DNA of 55,868 nucleotides, from positions 1-55,868 of the IMG/VR virus record IMGVR_UViG_3300009081_000016, one strand, 5' to 3'. Source of the DNA: a virus (Duplodnaviria; Caudoviricetes). Positions 36,720 through 46,726 of the stretch are shown piece by piece. Numbering within the stretch: the stretch's first letter is position 1; the number at the start of each line of letters is the position of its first letter. Under the pieces are notes generated by a model. That model was given only the letters and a program-made list of their open reading frames with translations. It did not search any database and had not been told where the DNA came from. The position numbers and the translations under genes are program-made.

Positions 36720-37159
36720 ATCCCCCCATCCGAAGGCGGCTGTTCCGGAGTTGCTGCCATCGTCGGCGCCATCCCCTGCAACGTCGTGGAGAAGTCCGCA
36801 ATTCCGGAGGCGAGTTTGCTCGCGTCGTTGCAGGTAAAAAAATCCTTGATCACTCCCAATGCAATGTCGATGGTCAGATTGTTTTGGATGAACGCAAGAG
36901 TCTCTTCGAAGTTGCGTGTGTCAAGTCGAGCTCCCTGTTCCACGAGAACAATAGATATCGCCCGACTTATCAATTTGCGCTTGAACAGTTCAAGAACCAA
37001 CGCCTGAACTCCGCTCTCTTCCAGATTACGGGCCTGTCGAACTGTTTGGGAAGGAAGATCGGCCATCAGTTCCCCAAGTGCCTCCAGTTGTCCCAGAGTC
37101 AGTTCTTTCTGATAAAAGGTCTTGTCTCCAACTCGGTAAGTAAAGTCACGGTTCTCCAT
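36716..37159 (-). CDS. Tail assembly chaperone (gpG-like)
   Basis: Between tail tube and TMP; IKDFF encoded by GAT TTT TTT. Confidence 0.85.
   Translation of the reverse strand: MENRDFTYRVGDKTFYQKELTLGQLEALGELMADLPSQTVRQARNLEESGVQALVLELFKRKLISRAISIVLVEQGARLDTRNFEETLAFIQNNLTIDIALGVIKDFFTCNDASKLASGIADFSTTLQGMAPTMAATPEQPPSDGGI
36836..36842 (-). promoter_or_regulatory. Programmed -1 ribosomal frameshift slippery site (T TTT TTT)
   Basis: In-frame X XXY YYZ heptamer; -1 frame reads FYLQRREQTRLRN...WGDLIFELSK without a stop. Confidence 0.85.
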
Positions 37160-37196
37160 GACGAGCCTCGATTGTTAGGTGTACGTTGTGGGGTGG

Positions 37197-37736
37197 TTAC
37201 ACTTCTTCTTCGATGTAGCCGAGAACTTCGCTCGAGGAACTCTCCGGCAGGAGGTTGAACTCGACGCTGAATTTCCTCTCCTCTTTCTTTTGGAAAGGGA
37301 GATCGAGACCGTTCCCCGGCATCGCTTTCAGGCACTTCACGCGCCAGTTCTTGGCCGTGTTGCTGGTCTTCGGACAAATGTACTCGAGATAGCAGAACAA
37401 AGGGTCCTGCTTCCCACCGAAAGAAATTCTTTGGTAGGTGGGTTGGGAATAAATTCCCGTCGAGGGCTTCAGGCCCAGAGCGATCGCGAGTGAACGGAGG
37501 CTTTGTTCGATGATGTCGATCGTCAACTTGCCTTCTTCTCCGATCATGATGTGGGTCACCGGAGACATCGCCTGATCGCATTCGATCGGTTTCATCTCCT
37601 GCTTGTAGGTCAACTTCATACCGGAGGTCGCTCCGACTTCCACCGCATTAGCGGCCAATTCACCGTCGGAAGTTACCGCGATCTTCAGATACCCTGCGCC
37701 CAATTCGAGTTTCGAGGTGGTGTAGGTTCCAGCCAT
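37197..37736 (-). CDS. Major tail (tube) protein
   Basis: LELGAG...VGATSGMKLTY...IECDQ; GAGGA before ATG 37736. Confidence 0.85.
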   Translation of the reverse strand: MAGTYTTSKLELGAGYLKIAVTSDGELAANAVEVGATSGMKLTYKQEMKPIECDQAMSPVTHIMIGEEGKLTIDIIEQSLRSLAIALGLKPSTGIYSQPTYQRISFGGKQDPLFCYLEYICPKTSNTAKNWRVKCLKAMPGNGLDLPFQKKEERKFSVEFNLLPESSSSEVLGYIEEEV

Positions 37737-37749
37737 CTTTCTTTGTTCC

Positions 37750-38142
37750 TCAGGATGAAAGAGTGGTAAGAGAAAAGGTACAGGAAAAAAACTGTTTTGC
37801 GGTCTCGGACTCTCCCTCATATGTTGGAGCAGAAACAGCGGTACATACAATCTTGTAATCGTTATACGCTGTTGGTGCCGGAAATTCGTAGTTATGTAGG
37901 GTAGAGTAGACCAATTCGATTGCTTGTCTTGCACCGTCGTTTGTATCGTGGTGCACGAGCACCTTCATTGCAACCATCTTGATGGGAAACTCTTCATCTC
38001 CCGGAAATGGCTGAACGACTGCGGCAAGACCTGATTGATTTGCCGGCAAGTTTAGCTTACAGCAACTGGCCGATGCGCTCAGAGTTTTCAAGATGGAATC
38101 CACCGTTACTCGCATCAGTTCGCTAAGATCTTTGTCCGGCAT
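37750..38142 (-). CDS. Tail terminator / tail completion protein
   Basis: Position before the tube; ends FSCTFSL. Confidence 0.65.
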   Translation of the reverse strand: MPDKDLSELMRVTVDSILKTLSASASCCKLNLPANQSGLAAVVQPFPGDEEFPIKMVAMKVLVHHDTNDGARQAIELVYSTLHNYEFPAPTAYNDYKIVCTAVSAPTYEGESETAKQFFSCTFSLTTLSS

Positions 38143-38144
38143 AA

Positions 38145-38708
38145 TTATTTTGCCTCCACACGTTTTCCTTCACCAGAAGTTCCAGTTCCGCGTTTCGCCC
38201 ATGTCTGAAGGTAGGCACGGTAGCGCTCTATGTTTGCGGCCAAGGCTCGGCTTAAAAATTTTGGTCCAATCTGCCCCGCGAATGATCGGGCCTTCCCCGT
38301 CTTTGGATTAACAGCTGTATTAGCTTGCTGAGAATACTTACCCAACTTGTAGGTCCCCTCGTGCACCTTCTCTGCATAGGGAGTATAGAATCCCACTGTA
38401 AATGATAATTTGTCTACTGTTGTTCCCTTCCCCAAACGCCGTATTAGATTGGGGTCCGGTACCTTCTTGGCCTGAACGCGATGTCTACCAACCTTCTTCA
38501 TCCCAAACACCGACCTATTTCCTGGAGAAAAGGCAACGTTGCCACTCCCTCTCAAAGTACCTTCTTTTATGGGGGTAAACGTGACCGCCTTCCGGAGAAG
38601 GTCTTCGGAGCATCGATAAAGAACCTCAGCGGCCTCTCCTCGAAGTTCCCGCATAATACTGCCTACCTTTAGGCGCCCATCTCTCCCTGCAAATGCTACT
38701 ATCTTCAT
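38145..38708 (-). CDS. HK97 gp10-like neck protein
   Basis: TPIKEGTLRGS, VGFYTPYAEKVHEG, GPKFLSRA. Confidence 0.8.
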   Translation of the reverse strand: MKIVAFAGRDGRLKVGSIMRELRGEAAEVLYRCSEDLLRKAVTFTPIKEGTLRGSGNVAFSPGNRSVFGMKKVGRHRVQAKKVPDPNLIRRLGKGTTVDKLSFTVGFYTPYAEKVHEGTYKLGKYSQQANTAVNPKTGKARSFAGQIGPKFLSRALAANIERYRAYLQTWAKRGTGTSGEGKRVEAK

Positions 38709-39076
38709 TGTGCGCTGTTTACATCCCGTAGAACCAATGTCTGCATTGAAACAGAATTGGTGAGTGCGTTTGCTTTTGACCGTTCAATAACTGCATATTC
38801 CCCAATAAGAACGGAGGAACTGCGATTGTAGACACGCAAATGGTCTCCGATGTCTATGGAGAGGGAACCATCAGCCATCAGGACTAAATCACCCTGATCC
38901 CCCACCGAAAAACCTGCTTTAAACAAGTTCCGCTCTGAGCGTCTCCCCAAGTAATATATTGGGAAAGTGGCCCACGTATAGGAACTGGTTCCCGAAGTTC
39001 CCAAGACCTTTGTGGCCAAACAGAATTTACTGTCGGCTGTAATAGATAGAAGAGTCACGCAGCCTCTGCTTTCCAT
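38705..39076 (-). CDS. Head closure protein (putative)
   Basis: IDIGDHL...EYAVI; position in the neck module. Confidence 0.55.
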   Translation of the reverse strand: MESRGCVTLLSITADSKFCLATKVLGTSGTSSYTWATFPIYYLGRRSERNLFKAGFSVGDQGDLVLMADGSLSIDIGDHLRVYNRSSSVLIGEYAVIERSKANALTNSVSMQTLVLRDVNSAQ

Positions 39077-39960
39077 TTGGTATCGAAGGGGAAGGTGTCT
39101 GAATCAAATTTTGATTCCCCGATTTCCTGTTTATTTGCCAATTCCACAATGAAAGGCAATTCAACGTGCAAACAATTTGGGTGTAATGGACAACCCTCAT
39201 TGGGAAGTATACTGAGCGGGGGATAGACCCCATCACTTTTACCGATGCAGAAAACTTTTCCTTCGAGAGGAGCACAAATATCGCACTTGCTCCCGTGAAG
39301 GCTAATCATAACGTATTCAATCCCGTTGCTGACCAATCGAGTTTCAGTTCCTCGAGAATGGGCAACTCTCATCTGAGTACGGGCCAGCAACTCTGCATAG
39401 GTATTAAGTTTTAAATTCTTCTCCCCAACTTTTATCCAACCGCCAACAGCCCTTGCGGCCAACCGTTCCTCTATTCTGGAACTGACCAACGTTCTCGATT
39501 CTCCCAGCGTAATTCCCTGAGCGATTTCTCGGAGCACCGCTCGCTTCTCGGGAGTCGCTTGCTTCATTCGAGATACAAAATTCAGGAGCGACCCCTCGTA
39601 TAGCCGAATCCCTTCATTTATGTTTCTTCTCATCGCGTCAACCACAACAGCTATAGCTCCAGCATGCGGCTGAACAAACAACGAGGAAACAGGGGTAATA
39701 CCCAACAGGCGTAAACGTTCCTCCGCAAAGGTAGCACCCCGTTGAAACATTGGGGGGATCTCATAATTCATCCAGCGCTCCCCTTCCCGTTGGATGGCGC
39801 GCAACTCATCCCGAAAGTGTTTTGCCATCAACGTAAGACGACCAACGTCTTCTATGGGAGCGTTGCGCAGCTGATTTCTGATGTCAAGCAATACCCGTTC
39901 GTAGTAGGAAGCGAACAGACGAGACTTGACTATCACATACTCTGAATCGTAGCTAACCAC
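39055..39960 (-). CDS. Minor capsid / head morphogenesis protein (MuF/SPP1 gp7-like)
   Basis: YAELLART, HGSKCDICAPLEGKVF, PLHPNCLH. Confidence 0.85.
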   Translation of the reverse strand: MVSYDSEYVIVKSRLFASYYERVLLDIRNQLRNAPIEDVGRLTLMAKHFRDELRAIQREGERWMNYEIPPMFQRGATFAEERLRLLGITPVSSLFVQPHAGAIAVVVDAMRRNINEGIRLYEGSLLNFVSRMKQATPEKRAVLREIAQGITLGESRTLVSSRIEERLAARAVGGWIKVGEKNLKLNTYAELLARTQMRVAHSRGTETRLVSNGIEYVMISLHGSKCDICAPLEGKVFCIGKSDGVYPPLSILPNEGCPLHPNCLHVELPFIVELANKQEIGESKFDSDTFPFDTKWKAEAA

Positions 39961-40501
39961 GATCGGCTCGCGCTCCGCGCAGCAACCATTTCGAAATAAC
40001 CATCATAACCTGAGGCGCAATATCTGACATCGCGGAGACGCGACCGCCGTATTGTTCGCTCATTCCGGGCATCGAAATCCCTGATACGCCCTCGTTCTGT
40101 AACCGAACTCGCGGAGAAGCTTCCCCCAAAGTATCGTTTCCCAGGATATAGTTAGCTTGCTCCAAACAAGCCTCCCGAATTTCCTTTGGGATTATCAGAA
40201 CGCTCGAATCGTCGTAGCTATACGGAAGAGCGTTGTCTCCACTCCAACTATCGGTTCGGGGGAATTGTAATGGCTGATAAGCAGCGTTCCCTTCCGCGTA
40301 ATTGGCATACTTCTCCCCTCTCCAACGTAGCCTGTCAAGCTGCCGCGTTGCTTCGATGAGCGCTGCTCTCTTCTTGTCCGCATCCGTGGTGGCTGTCCAA
40401 GCACTGTCCGGTCGGGAAGCAAAGTAGGCAGTTGCCTCCGTTTCCCCAACGTAACTGTTTGCGTTGTTGGCACCTGCGGTTGCTACAATGGTTAGACTCA
40501 C
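39953..40501 (-). CDS. Head-tail adaptor (DnaT-like N-terminus)
   Basis: ANSYV...A.AYF..R..W, AALIEATRQLD, QPLQFPR, IPKEIREAC. Confidence 0.8.
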   Translation of the reverse strand: MSLTIVATAGANNANSYVGETEATAYFASRPDSAWTATTDADKKRAALIEATRQLDRLRWRGEKYANYAEGNAAYQPLQFPRTDSWSGDNALPYSYDDSSVLIIPKEIREACLEQANYILGNDTLGEASPRVRLQNEGVSGISMPGMSEQYGGRVSAMSDIAPQVMMVISKWLLRGARADRG

Positions 40502-40902
40502 TCTTCCTCCTCCCCAACGGGTTTTATGTTCAATTCAGCCCAACGAGCCTTCTCCGTACGGTACGCCAGGAGTTGCTCGGCATCCTTTATAGTAAAGTTC
40601 TCGTATCCTGCTGTACTCTCTGCAACAGCCAACCACTCTTGAACGTTTTCGGGTTGATCTTCTTCATCCGCCGCATACATAGAAATCAGTCTCTCATAGG
40701 GTTCATACTCCGGAAATTCGACCAGAACCGGAAGTACGTTGGCTAACTCTCCCGCGTTGCCGCTCTCCAATTGTCCGCCCGTGTTCAATATGGCGGCAAT
40801 CATCTCCTGATTTTCGGGGACGTTTGCTATCCGATGCGTTTTCCCAGAGGCGGGAATCCGGATAACTACATAGTCCTGCTTTGAACTTCTTTTCTTGGTC
40901 AC
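40498..40902 (-). CDS. Hypothetical protein (head module)
   Basis: GTG-start ORF coupled to the adaptor. Confidence 0.65.
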   Translation of the reverse strand: MTKKRSSKQDYVVIRIPASGKTHRIANVPENQEMIAAILNTGGQLESGNAGELANVLPVLVEFPEYEPYERLISMYAADEEDQPENVQEWLAVAESTAGYENFTIKDAEQLLAYRTEKARWAELNIKPVGEEEE

Positions 40903-40911
40903 GGTTTTAAT

Positions 40912-42018
40912 TCATCGGTATAACCGATGTTCTCCGAGTTTGGTTCGTGAAGACACCGACAAGAATTGTTTCAGCACCTCTTCCACAGAAATTTCGTGCA
41001 TACAGACACTGGCAACATCCTCCATGTTCATTTGATTGCAATAGAAGTTTCTACTCTTCAATAAATAACAAGGGCGTTTACAACGATCCGGACGAAGCAG
41101 TTGAATCGCGTGACCGTCATGATAATGTTTCTCCAACAACGTTTTACCATTCGTTTCACCATATAGACCAAAAGTCGTAACACCCAAGCCAGCGGCCATG
41201 TAGGTCAAACCAGAGTCCACACCTATAAAGGCATCCAAATGCGCGAGGTGAGCTACCGCTACTTCGAGTGGCACATTACTAATTCCGGGTATACCATCTA
41301 ATATTTCCTTTGCATCGAAGGTAACTACAAAATAACCTGCTCTCTGAAGTGCCTTGGCCAATTGAAACCACCGATGATAACTCCAGTCTCTCCACCGTTC
41401 GGTAGATCGGAGACCAATCCCAACAACCTTTCTACCAGAAGGGAAAGGATTATCGATGGGGTGGGTTAAAACAATTTCGGGGCAGCGGACAGGAACGTTT
41501 AGTTCCATATCTCGATAGAAGGTTTCAACACGAGACAATTCCACGCTTCCGGGAGTTGTTTTTAAAGTCGCATGTTTTCCCTGTTCGTATTCCATACAAG
41601 GACATAAAAGGTCGTGGTATTCGTGTACAAGACTAAGACGATCTGCCAAGTGTATGAGAATGTGCCCATGAGACGATAAATATTCATCTCCGTCTAACAG
41701 TTCTACATTCAGAGTGGATAAATGCTCAAGAAAAATTCGGTGGGCAGTGAGTACGCACACAGTGACAGGAGCATAAAATCCGTAGAGGGAGCGCCACTCA
41801 AGAATCTTGTCTTCGACCGCTGGCAACATATGGATGATGTCGCCAATCCCTCCCCCGCACCGTTCTATCCACAGTCTTTTTGGGGGTGGAGCATCATTGT
41901 TGTACAAATGACGATCCGAAACCAATATCGTAAACTCTTTTCGGAGATGCGGAAACATTGACTCCCAGTTTTCAGGAAGCCACAATCTCCGACCGGAGGG
42001 ATTCATTACCATTGTCAT
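40912..42018 (-). CDS. GT9 (heptosyltransferase-like, GT-B) glycosyltransferase
   Basis: GGIGDIIHMLP, RDWSYHRWFQLA, FIGVDSGLTYMAAGLG.TTFGLYG; AGGGAG before ATG 42018. Confidence 0.88.
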   Translation of the reverse strand: MTMVMNPSGRRLWLPENWESMFPHLRKEFTILVSDRHLYNNDAPPPKRLWIERCGGGIGDIIHMLPAVEDKILEWRSLYGFYAPVTVCVLTAHRIFLEHLSTLNVELLDGDEYLSSHGHILIHLADRLSLVHEYHDLLCPCMEYEQGKHATLKTTPGSVELSRVETFYRDMELNVPVRCPEIVLTHPIDNPFPSGRKVVGIGLRSTERWRDWSYHRWFQLAKALQRAGYFVVTFDAKEILDGIPGISNVPLEVAVAHLAHLDAFIGVDSGLTYMAAGLGVTTFGLYGETNGKTLLEKHYHDGHAIQLLRPDRCKRPCYLLKSRNFYCNQMNMEDVASVCMHEISVEEVLKQFLSVSSRTKLGEHRLYR

Positions 42019-42087
42019 CTTTATTCTCCCTAACGAGCGGGGGGAGGGGAAACATCCCGGGAGAATGATCCCCTCCCCCAAACGGAG

Positions 42088-43002
42088 TTAGCTCAGCAGC
42101 GCCGAACGGAAGTCCACCAAGCATTCCGGGCGCATCGTCTTGACGCCAAACAAAATGTCCAGCGTGATCTGATAGCCCAAAACGTTGATGTTGTAACCGT
42201 AGAGAATCCGCAGAACGATGTTTTCAAACATCGTGTAGTATGCGGCAACTCCGGTCTTCGGATCCGGCAACGGCAGAGGCCGCGTGGCCAACGTAATGGC
42301 CGCCGGATGGAACATAAGGTTGTGCAGAATTCCGGGAGATCCCGCTTCTTCCGCAATTCTCGGATCCTCGTAGCAACCGAAGCCATGGATTCTTCCCATC
42401 AGTCCTTCCGGAATGGTGGAATAACCCAGCTTGGAGGCTTCCGTGAATCGCTCGATCTGCAGAAGCTTCTCGAAATCCTGACACACGAAAACACGCCCCG
42501 TCTTCGGAATCTGAGAAGTATTCAACTTCCGACGTCCCGACAAGACGTTCGCTTCCGTAATGTTCGTGGAGCCGTTCCCCACAACGTGGGTCGCATACGC
42601 CCACTGGGCAGCGATAACAGCCTCCACGGCAGTGACCAGGGCAACGGCCGATTCTCGGATATAACCGTCCATAACGGCGACATTGGATTGCGCTGCAAGA
42701 ATGTCTTCCACGATGAAGGAGGATTCTTTGTGGTATGCCAGCGAGACATCCACCTTATCCCCTTCGGTATTCTGCAGCGTTACCGTCTTGCCGACTTCCT
42801 TGTCATTGGCGGTCATCGTACCGAATTTCGGCACATGAATGGTTGCGCCCTTGGTCTGAATCTCGTCCTCGTAATCACGATTTACCAACCGGACCAACGC
42901 TGCGGCGTCAAAGAACGAGGCAATAGCCCGCGACGCCCAAAGTTCCGGGATGAAGTCTTCGTGATTTGAAGAGTTGATCGTAGTCGTTGCAGTTCCAGCC
43001 AA
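42088..43002 (-). CDS. Major capsid protein (HK97 fold, P22-coat-like)
   Basis: FIPELWA, VNRDYE.EI..KG.TIHVP, DILFGVK; follows scaffold; TTG start with AAGGAG. Confidence 0.9.
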   Translation of the reverse strand: MAGTATTTINSSNHEDFIPELWASRAIASFFDAAALVRLVNRDYEDEIQTKGATIHVPKFGTMTANDKEVGKTVTLQNTEGDKVDVSLAYHKESSFIVEDILAAQSNVAVMDGYIRESAVALVTAVEAVIAAQWAYATHVVGNGSTNITEANVLSGRRKLNTSQIPKTGRVFVCQDFEKLLQIERFTEASKLGYSTIPEGLMGRIHGFGCYEDPRIAEEAGSPGILHNLMFHPAAITLATRPLPLPDPKTGVAAYYTMFENIVLRILYGYNINVLGYQITLDILFGVKTMRPECLVDFRSALLS

Positions 43003-43078
43003 AGTACTTTACTCCTTGTGATAGTTTGGGTAACCAAAAACAGTTAGGCCCAAACCCACGGAGGTGTGTTCCCAAGCG

Positions 43079-43834
43079 CTACTTCTTGGCGCCTCTCTGG
43101 ATCAACACACTGATCTGATCCCAGTTCTTCCTTACAAAGGCAGGATCGGCCAATTGCTCTCGAGTAATCGTGCTCCCATCACCGAGAGAACCGCTCTGAA
43201 AATTGCCACCTTGTCCGGGGACAACCATCCCGCGAACGAGATTTGGGTTTTCAGTTAGGTACGTCTTGACCCCGTCTTCTACGGAAACTGGAACGGCGAC
43301 CCCATCCTTTCCCTTTCCCGGCATGGTCAGCTTGAACTGCGGGGGTTTTCCTTCCTCCGTAATCTCTTCGATCTGAATCGTATCGAAAAGCAAGGTGACC
43401 ACCTGCTCGGGACGATAGGCATCGTTCTTTATCGCCGCGTCACTCAACGCACGGCGAATAGTTTCGGAATTGTGGAGACCCTTCCACCGTTCGGCTTCCT
43501 TCTTTGCGGAGCCAAGAGCAACGTTATGTTGCTCTTTCAGAGTCAACAAGGCACGCTGGTGTTTTTCCTCCACCGACATCCCCTGTTCCTCCAACTCGCG
43601 GAGCCGTGTCTTAGCCTTCTCCAATTCCTCAGTCGTGAGTTTGGTTTTTGTACCCTCATTGGTCAACTGACCAAGGGTATTTTTAAGTTGCTGTTGGAGT
43701 TCAGTTACCTTCTGATCTCGCGTTTGGGCTCCCTTTCCGTAGGCCTCGTCATACAACTTCTGTTGGTCGGGTGTAAGATCCTTCCAGTTGTCCGGACGGA
43801 GTTCTTCAGGGAGTTTAATTTTGTCCTCAGCCAT
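43079..43834 (-). CDS. Capsid scaffolding protein
   Basis: Coiled coil, ENPNLV..PGQGG; directly upstream of MCP; GAGG before ATG 43834. Confidence 0.8.
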   Translation of the reverse strand: MAEDKIKLPEELRPDNWKDLTPDQQKLYDEAYGKGAQTRDQKVTELQQQLKNTLGQLTNEGTKTKLTTEELEKAKTRLRELEEQGMSVEEKHQRALLTLKEQHNVALGSAKKEAERWKGLHNSETIRRALSDAAIKNDAYRPEQVVTLLFDTIQIEEITEEGKPPQFKLTMPGKGKDGVAVPVSVEDGVKTYLTENPNLVRGMVVPGQGGNFQSGSLGDGSTITREQLADPAFVRKNWDQISVLIQRGAKK

Positions 43835-43910
43835 CTTGCTATCCTCAAGATGTGTTAATTGTTTCACTCCGACGATAGCTGTCCTCTATCGCAGAGACTA
43901 CCGCGATCCG

Positions 43911-44204
43911 TCACGAAATGGGAACGTAGTCGGGGACGACTGCCTTGGCCGCCTCGATCAGTTCATCCAGAACCTTGTCGTCCCACTCGGACGGAGACGC
44001 CACAATGGCCGCACGAAGTTCTTTCTCGAAGTCCAGAATTGTACGGCACGTCGACTTCAGAATCTTATCGCCGAGTTCTCCGTCCACGAGGGACTTCTCA
44101 ACCGCAACGATCACCTTGTCCAACTGCCCCACGACGAGTTCGAGCAGGGCATTTCCCTTCTCCTTCGAGAAAAGGGTAGTCAGTACGTTCTTCAGAATTT
44201 CCAT
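43911..44204 (-). CDS. Small helical protein (holin-like WDDK motif, uncertain)
   Basis: AAGGAG RBS; SPSEWDDKVLDEL. Confidence 0.6.
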   Translation of the reverse strand: MEILKNVLTTLFSKEKGNALLELVVGQLDKVIVAVEKSLVDGELGDKILKSTCRTILDFEKELRAAIVASPSEWDDKVLDELIEAAKAVVPDYVPIS

Positions 44205-44272
44205 GACAGTTCTCCTTGGTTTGGGCCTATCCGCAGCATAAACACTGATGCTGCGTTCTTACTCAGCTATTC

Positions 44273-46726
44273 CTATCTCTTCTGAATTATATAGCCCTGC
44301 ATGTAGATGCGCGGTCTTTTTGCTTCTACGCCTTCACTTGAATTGAAATACACATATCGGGTTGCGGCTGGATACTCTGGGGAAAGTACGGCAAGACCAA
44401 AGTTCTTCGTAGAGTCCGCTACCATTTCGTTAATCGCATATCCTAATCCTCCAAACCATACCACTCCTGTATCTGACGCGCTTATAACCTGTGTTCCATA
44501 ATTCTGTGATCCATAACGAGGATCACACCATACATCATTAGGGGCATCATACCCTGTCCAGTTCCAACACACCTCGGTTGCAGTGGCGACATTGGACGTT
44601 CCGTATCCATCTCCCTCTTTCCATAAACAGTTTGTGACATGAACTTCGATGAGGGGCGTCCCGACCACCTTGAAAATATAGCCACCAAACTTTGCATCAT
44701 TGATAACAATTCCTCGGTTATGCAACAGTGCAAAACTATTATAGAAAAATCCTATGTACTGTGCGGGGCCAGTTGTTGAGTACCCAACAGTAATTGAATC
44801 CCTCGCCCCCCATTCAGAGGTAGGGGCAGAGGATGCAATGTGGGCATCCTCCGAGAAATACATCGTCGTGTCCCAGTAGACACGCTGAGAGTCAGAGTGT
44901 AGGGCAACTATGTAGTAACCCGAATATGATAAACTTGGCCAGTTAGCCAGTTGAACATTCTGCCGTGAGCTAAATGCCGCGCTCCGATTAGACGTAGAAT
45001 CCGACTTCTTAATAATAAGGCCGAAATTTGTGAGGGGGTCATTTACAAGCGATTGCACCAAGGACGTAATTGTCCATGAGTACCGATTGGTATCATTTGC
45101 AATTGCAACTGTATCATTTGCGTTCCCACTACACATCGTATTCATTGGGCGATCCCACAAACTATGACCGCGATCTATGGTGTCTCCAGTCACGGACAAT
45201 GAATCAAATTTTGACCATCCTCTCCAGTCCCAGCAAGCCCCAGCAGTATCAATAGCTCCCATTTGGGTGCCCTCCACCCAATCTGATGCTGCCTTAAACA
45301 CGCTCACGTTGGTAGGATCTGTTACGGATACAGCACTTGCACCAAATAAACCCTCTGTAATAACGATACAACAGTCTTCATAAGCCAATGGGAAATATAC
45401 CTGACTCTGCATAGTATCAGAGTTAACACCCGCATAGAGAGCAGTGCTGATACCATAATTACGAGTAGTGTAATTCTTGCTAATGTGGGCATCAGCCGTA
45501 GGTGAAGCCGTTGCAGCAAAGGGGATAAACTTTACGCTGTCTGACAACTCTACCGTGAAGGGTGCAGAAGTATCGCACAAGAAATGATGGGCAGCACTCA
45601 TGAGCCGAATACGAGCACTATCTGCACTCACCGAGGGTTTCCACAGATACACCCCGTTATTCGGAGTGCTCTGCGTGATGAGTTCCCAATTCCCCGATGG
45701 GTAATTCCGATCCCACTCGATACGCACATGACCCGCAAAATTAGCTGTACTCCACTTGATCGTGTCCTCGTTGGCAACGTAGATTGTTGCACCACTACCA
45801 GGTTTCGTAAGTGCAAACAACGTGGAAGGATGAATTCCAACCAATGCCCGATTTAATTCTGGAATGGAGTCGGCGGGAAGGTTGTTAACATACCACCATC
45901 CCGTCCGATCCGCATGATTTATCTCTAACCCATAATTAAAATGTAGTTGGTTTCTACCGTTATAGACTCGCCAACCATCACATACTACTGCATGGTCGTT
46001 AATACGATATAGTATGGGACGACCCAAATTAAGCTGCGCTTGCAATATTTCAAACCAAGCGGTTGAGTCATAATCACTGCGTAGTAAACGACGTGCTCCG
46101 CTTGCATAGCCAAAATGTCTGTTAATTACTTTCCCCGCCAAACTATCCCACATCGCCCCTGCGTAGGAGGACGACCTTATGGTGCCATAGTCCATTTCTA
46201 TGGCTACGCCAATTTCGTAACACAACTCTGCAACGGCGGCTCTCTGGTCAGCGGAGGCTATGGCTGTTAAATCGCCTGTTCCCCATATGTTGTATCTTCC
46301 GAGTATCTCCTCCCAATCATACTCATCCGAGAAGGTTGCTGATAAGTTCTGTCCCTCAGTCTCACCCGCACCCGTACTATCCCCATCCCAAGCGTAGGTA
46401 TGCGATCCAAAACCACTGGCAGGATATTGCCAATACTCCATAATCATCCCAAGTGCTGTGGCTACACAACCCGCTCTACAGCGTGTGCCACCAACCCCCG
46501 TCGGACAATCCTCGTTCCACGGTGAATATTGATCCCAATATATGTCCCCTAATAACGGTTTAACTTGACTCTTAACTGGAGCCGGTTCTGGATCGGAAAT
46601 GATATTACCCGCTGTTCGCTTCGTTGGGTTTTCGCCCCACCGAATTCGCGCCCAATCCCAATCAGTGTCTTGAGCAAAAGACACCGACTGAAAAAGAACA
46701 AAGAGAAGTAAAAATACTCTAATCAT
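44273..46726 (-). CDS. Secreted peptidase C10 (streptopain/SpeB-like) with Ig-like and two DNRLRE-like domains
   Basis: Signal peptide (MIRVFLLL...VSFA-Q); WDQYSPWN, AGCVATA (Cys), AELCYEIGVAIEMDYG, HAVVCDG (His), HFNYG; DAHI...NYG/EWG...F.S.(Q/E)...P repeated twice. Confidence 0.88.
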   Translation of the reverse strand: MIRVFLLLFVLFQSVSFAQDTDWDWARIRWGENPTKRTAGNIISDPEPAPVKSQVKPLLGDIYWDQYSPWNEDCPTGVGGTRCRAGCVATALGMIMEYWQYPASGFGSHTYAWDGDSTGAGETEGQNLSATFSDEYDWEEILGRYNIWGTGDLTAIASADQRAAVAELCYEIGVAIEMDYGTIRSSSYAGAMWDSLAGKVINRHFGYASGARRLLRSDYDSTAWFEILQAQLNLGRPILYRINDHAVVCDGWRVYNGRNQLHFNYGLEINHADRTGWWYVNNLPADSIPELNRALVGIHPSTLFALTKPGSGATIYVANEDTIKWSTANFAGHVRIEWDRNYPSGNWELITQSTPNNGVYLWKPSVSADSARIRLMSAAHHFLCDTSAPFTVELSDSVKFIPFAATASPTADAHISKNYTTRNYGISTALYAGVNSDTMQSQVYFPLAYEDCCIVITEGLFGASAVSVTDPTNVSVFKAASDWVEGTQMGAIDTAGACWDWRGWSKFDSLSVTGDTIDRGHSLWDRPMNTMCSGNANDTVAIANDTNRYSWTITSLVQSLVNDPLTNFGLIIKKSDSTSNRSAAFSSRQNVQLANWPSLSYSGYYIVALHSDSQRVYWDTTMYFSEDAHIASSAPTSEWGARDSITVGYSTTGPAQYIGFFYNSFALLHNRGIVINDAKFGGYIFKVVGTPLIEVHVTNCLWKEGDGYGTSNVATATEVCWNWTGYDAPNDVWCDPRYGSQNYGTQVISASDTGVVWFGGLGYAINEMVADSTKNFGLAVLSPEYPAATRYVYFNSSEGVEAKRPRIYMQGYIIQKR

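Noticed and set aside
44273-46726. C10 protease as the prohead maturation protease
   Set aside because: The position fits, but the signal peptide and extracellular-type domains do not, and the separate scaffold plus P22-like coat need no protease; not formally excluded.
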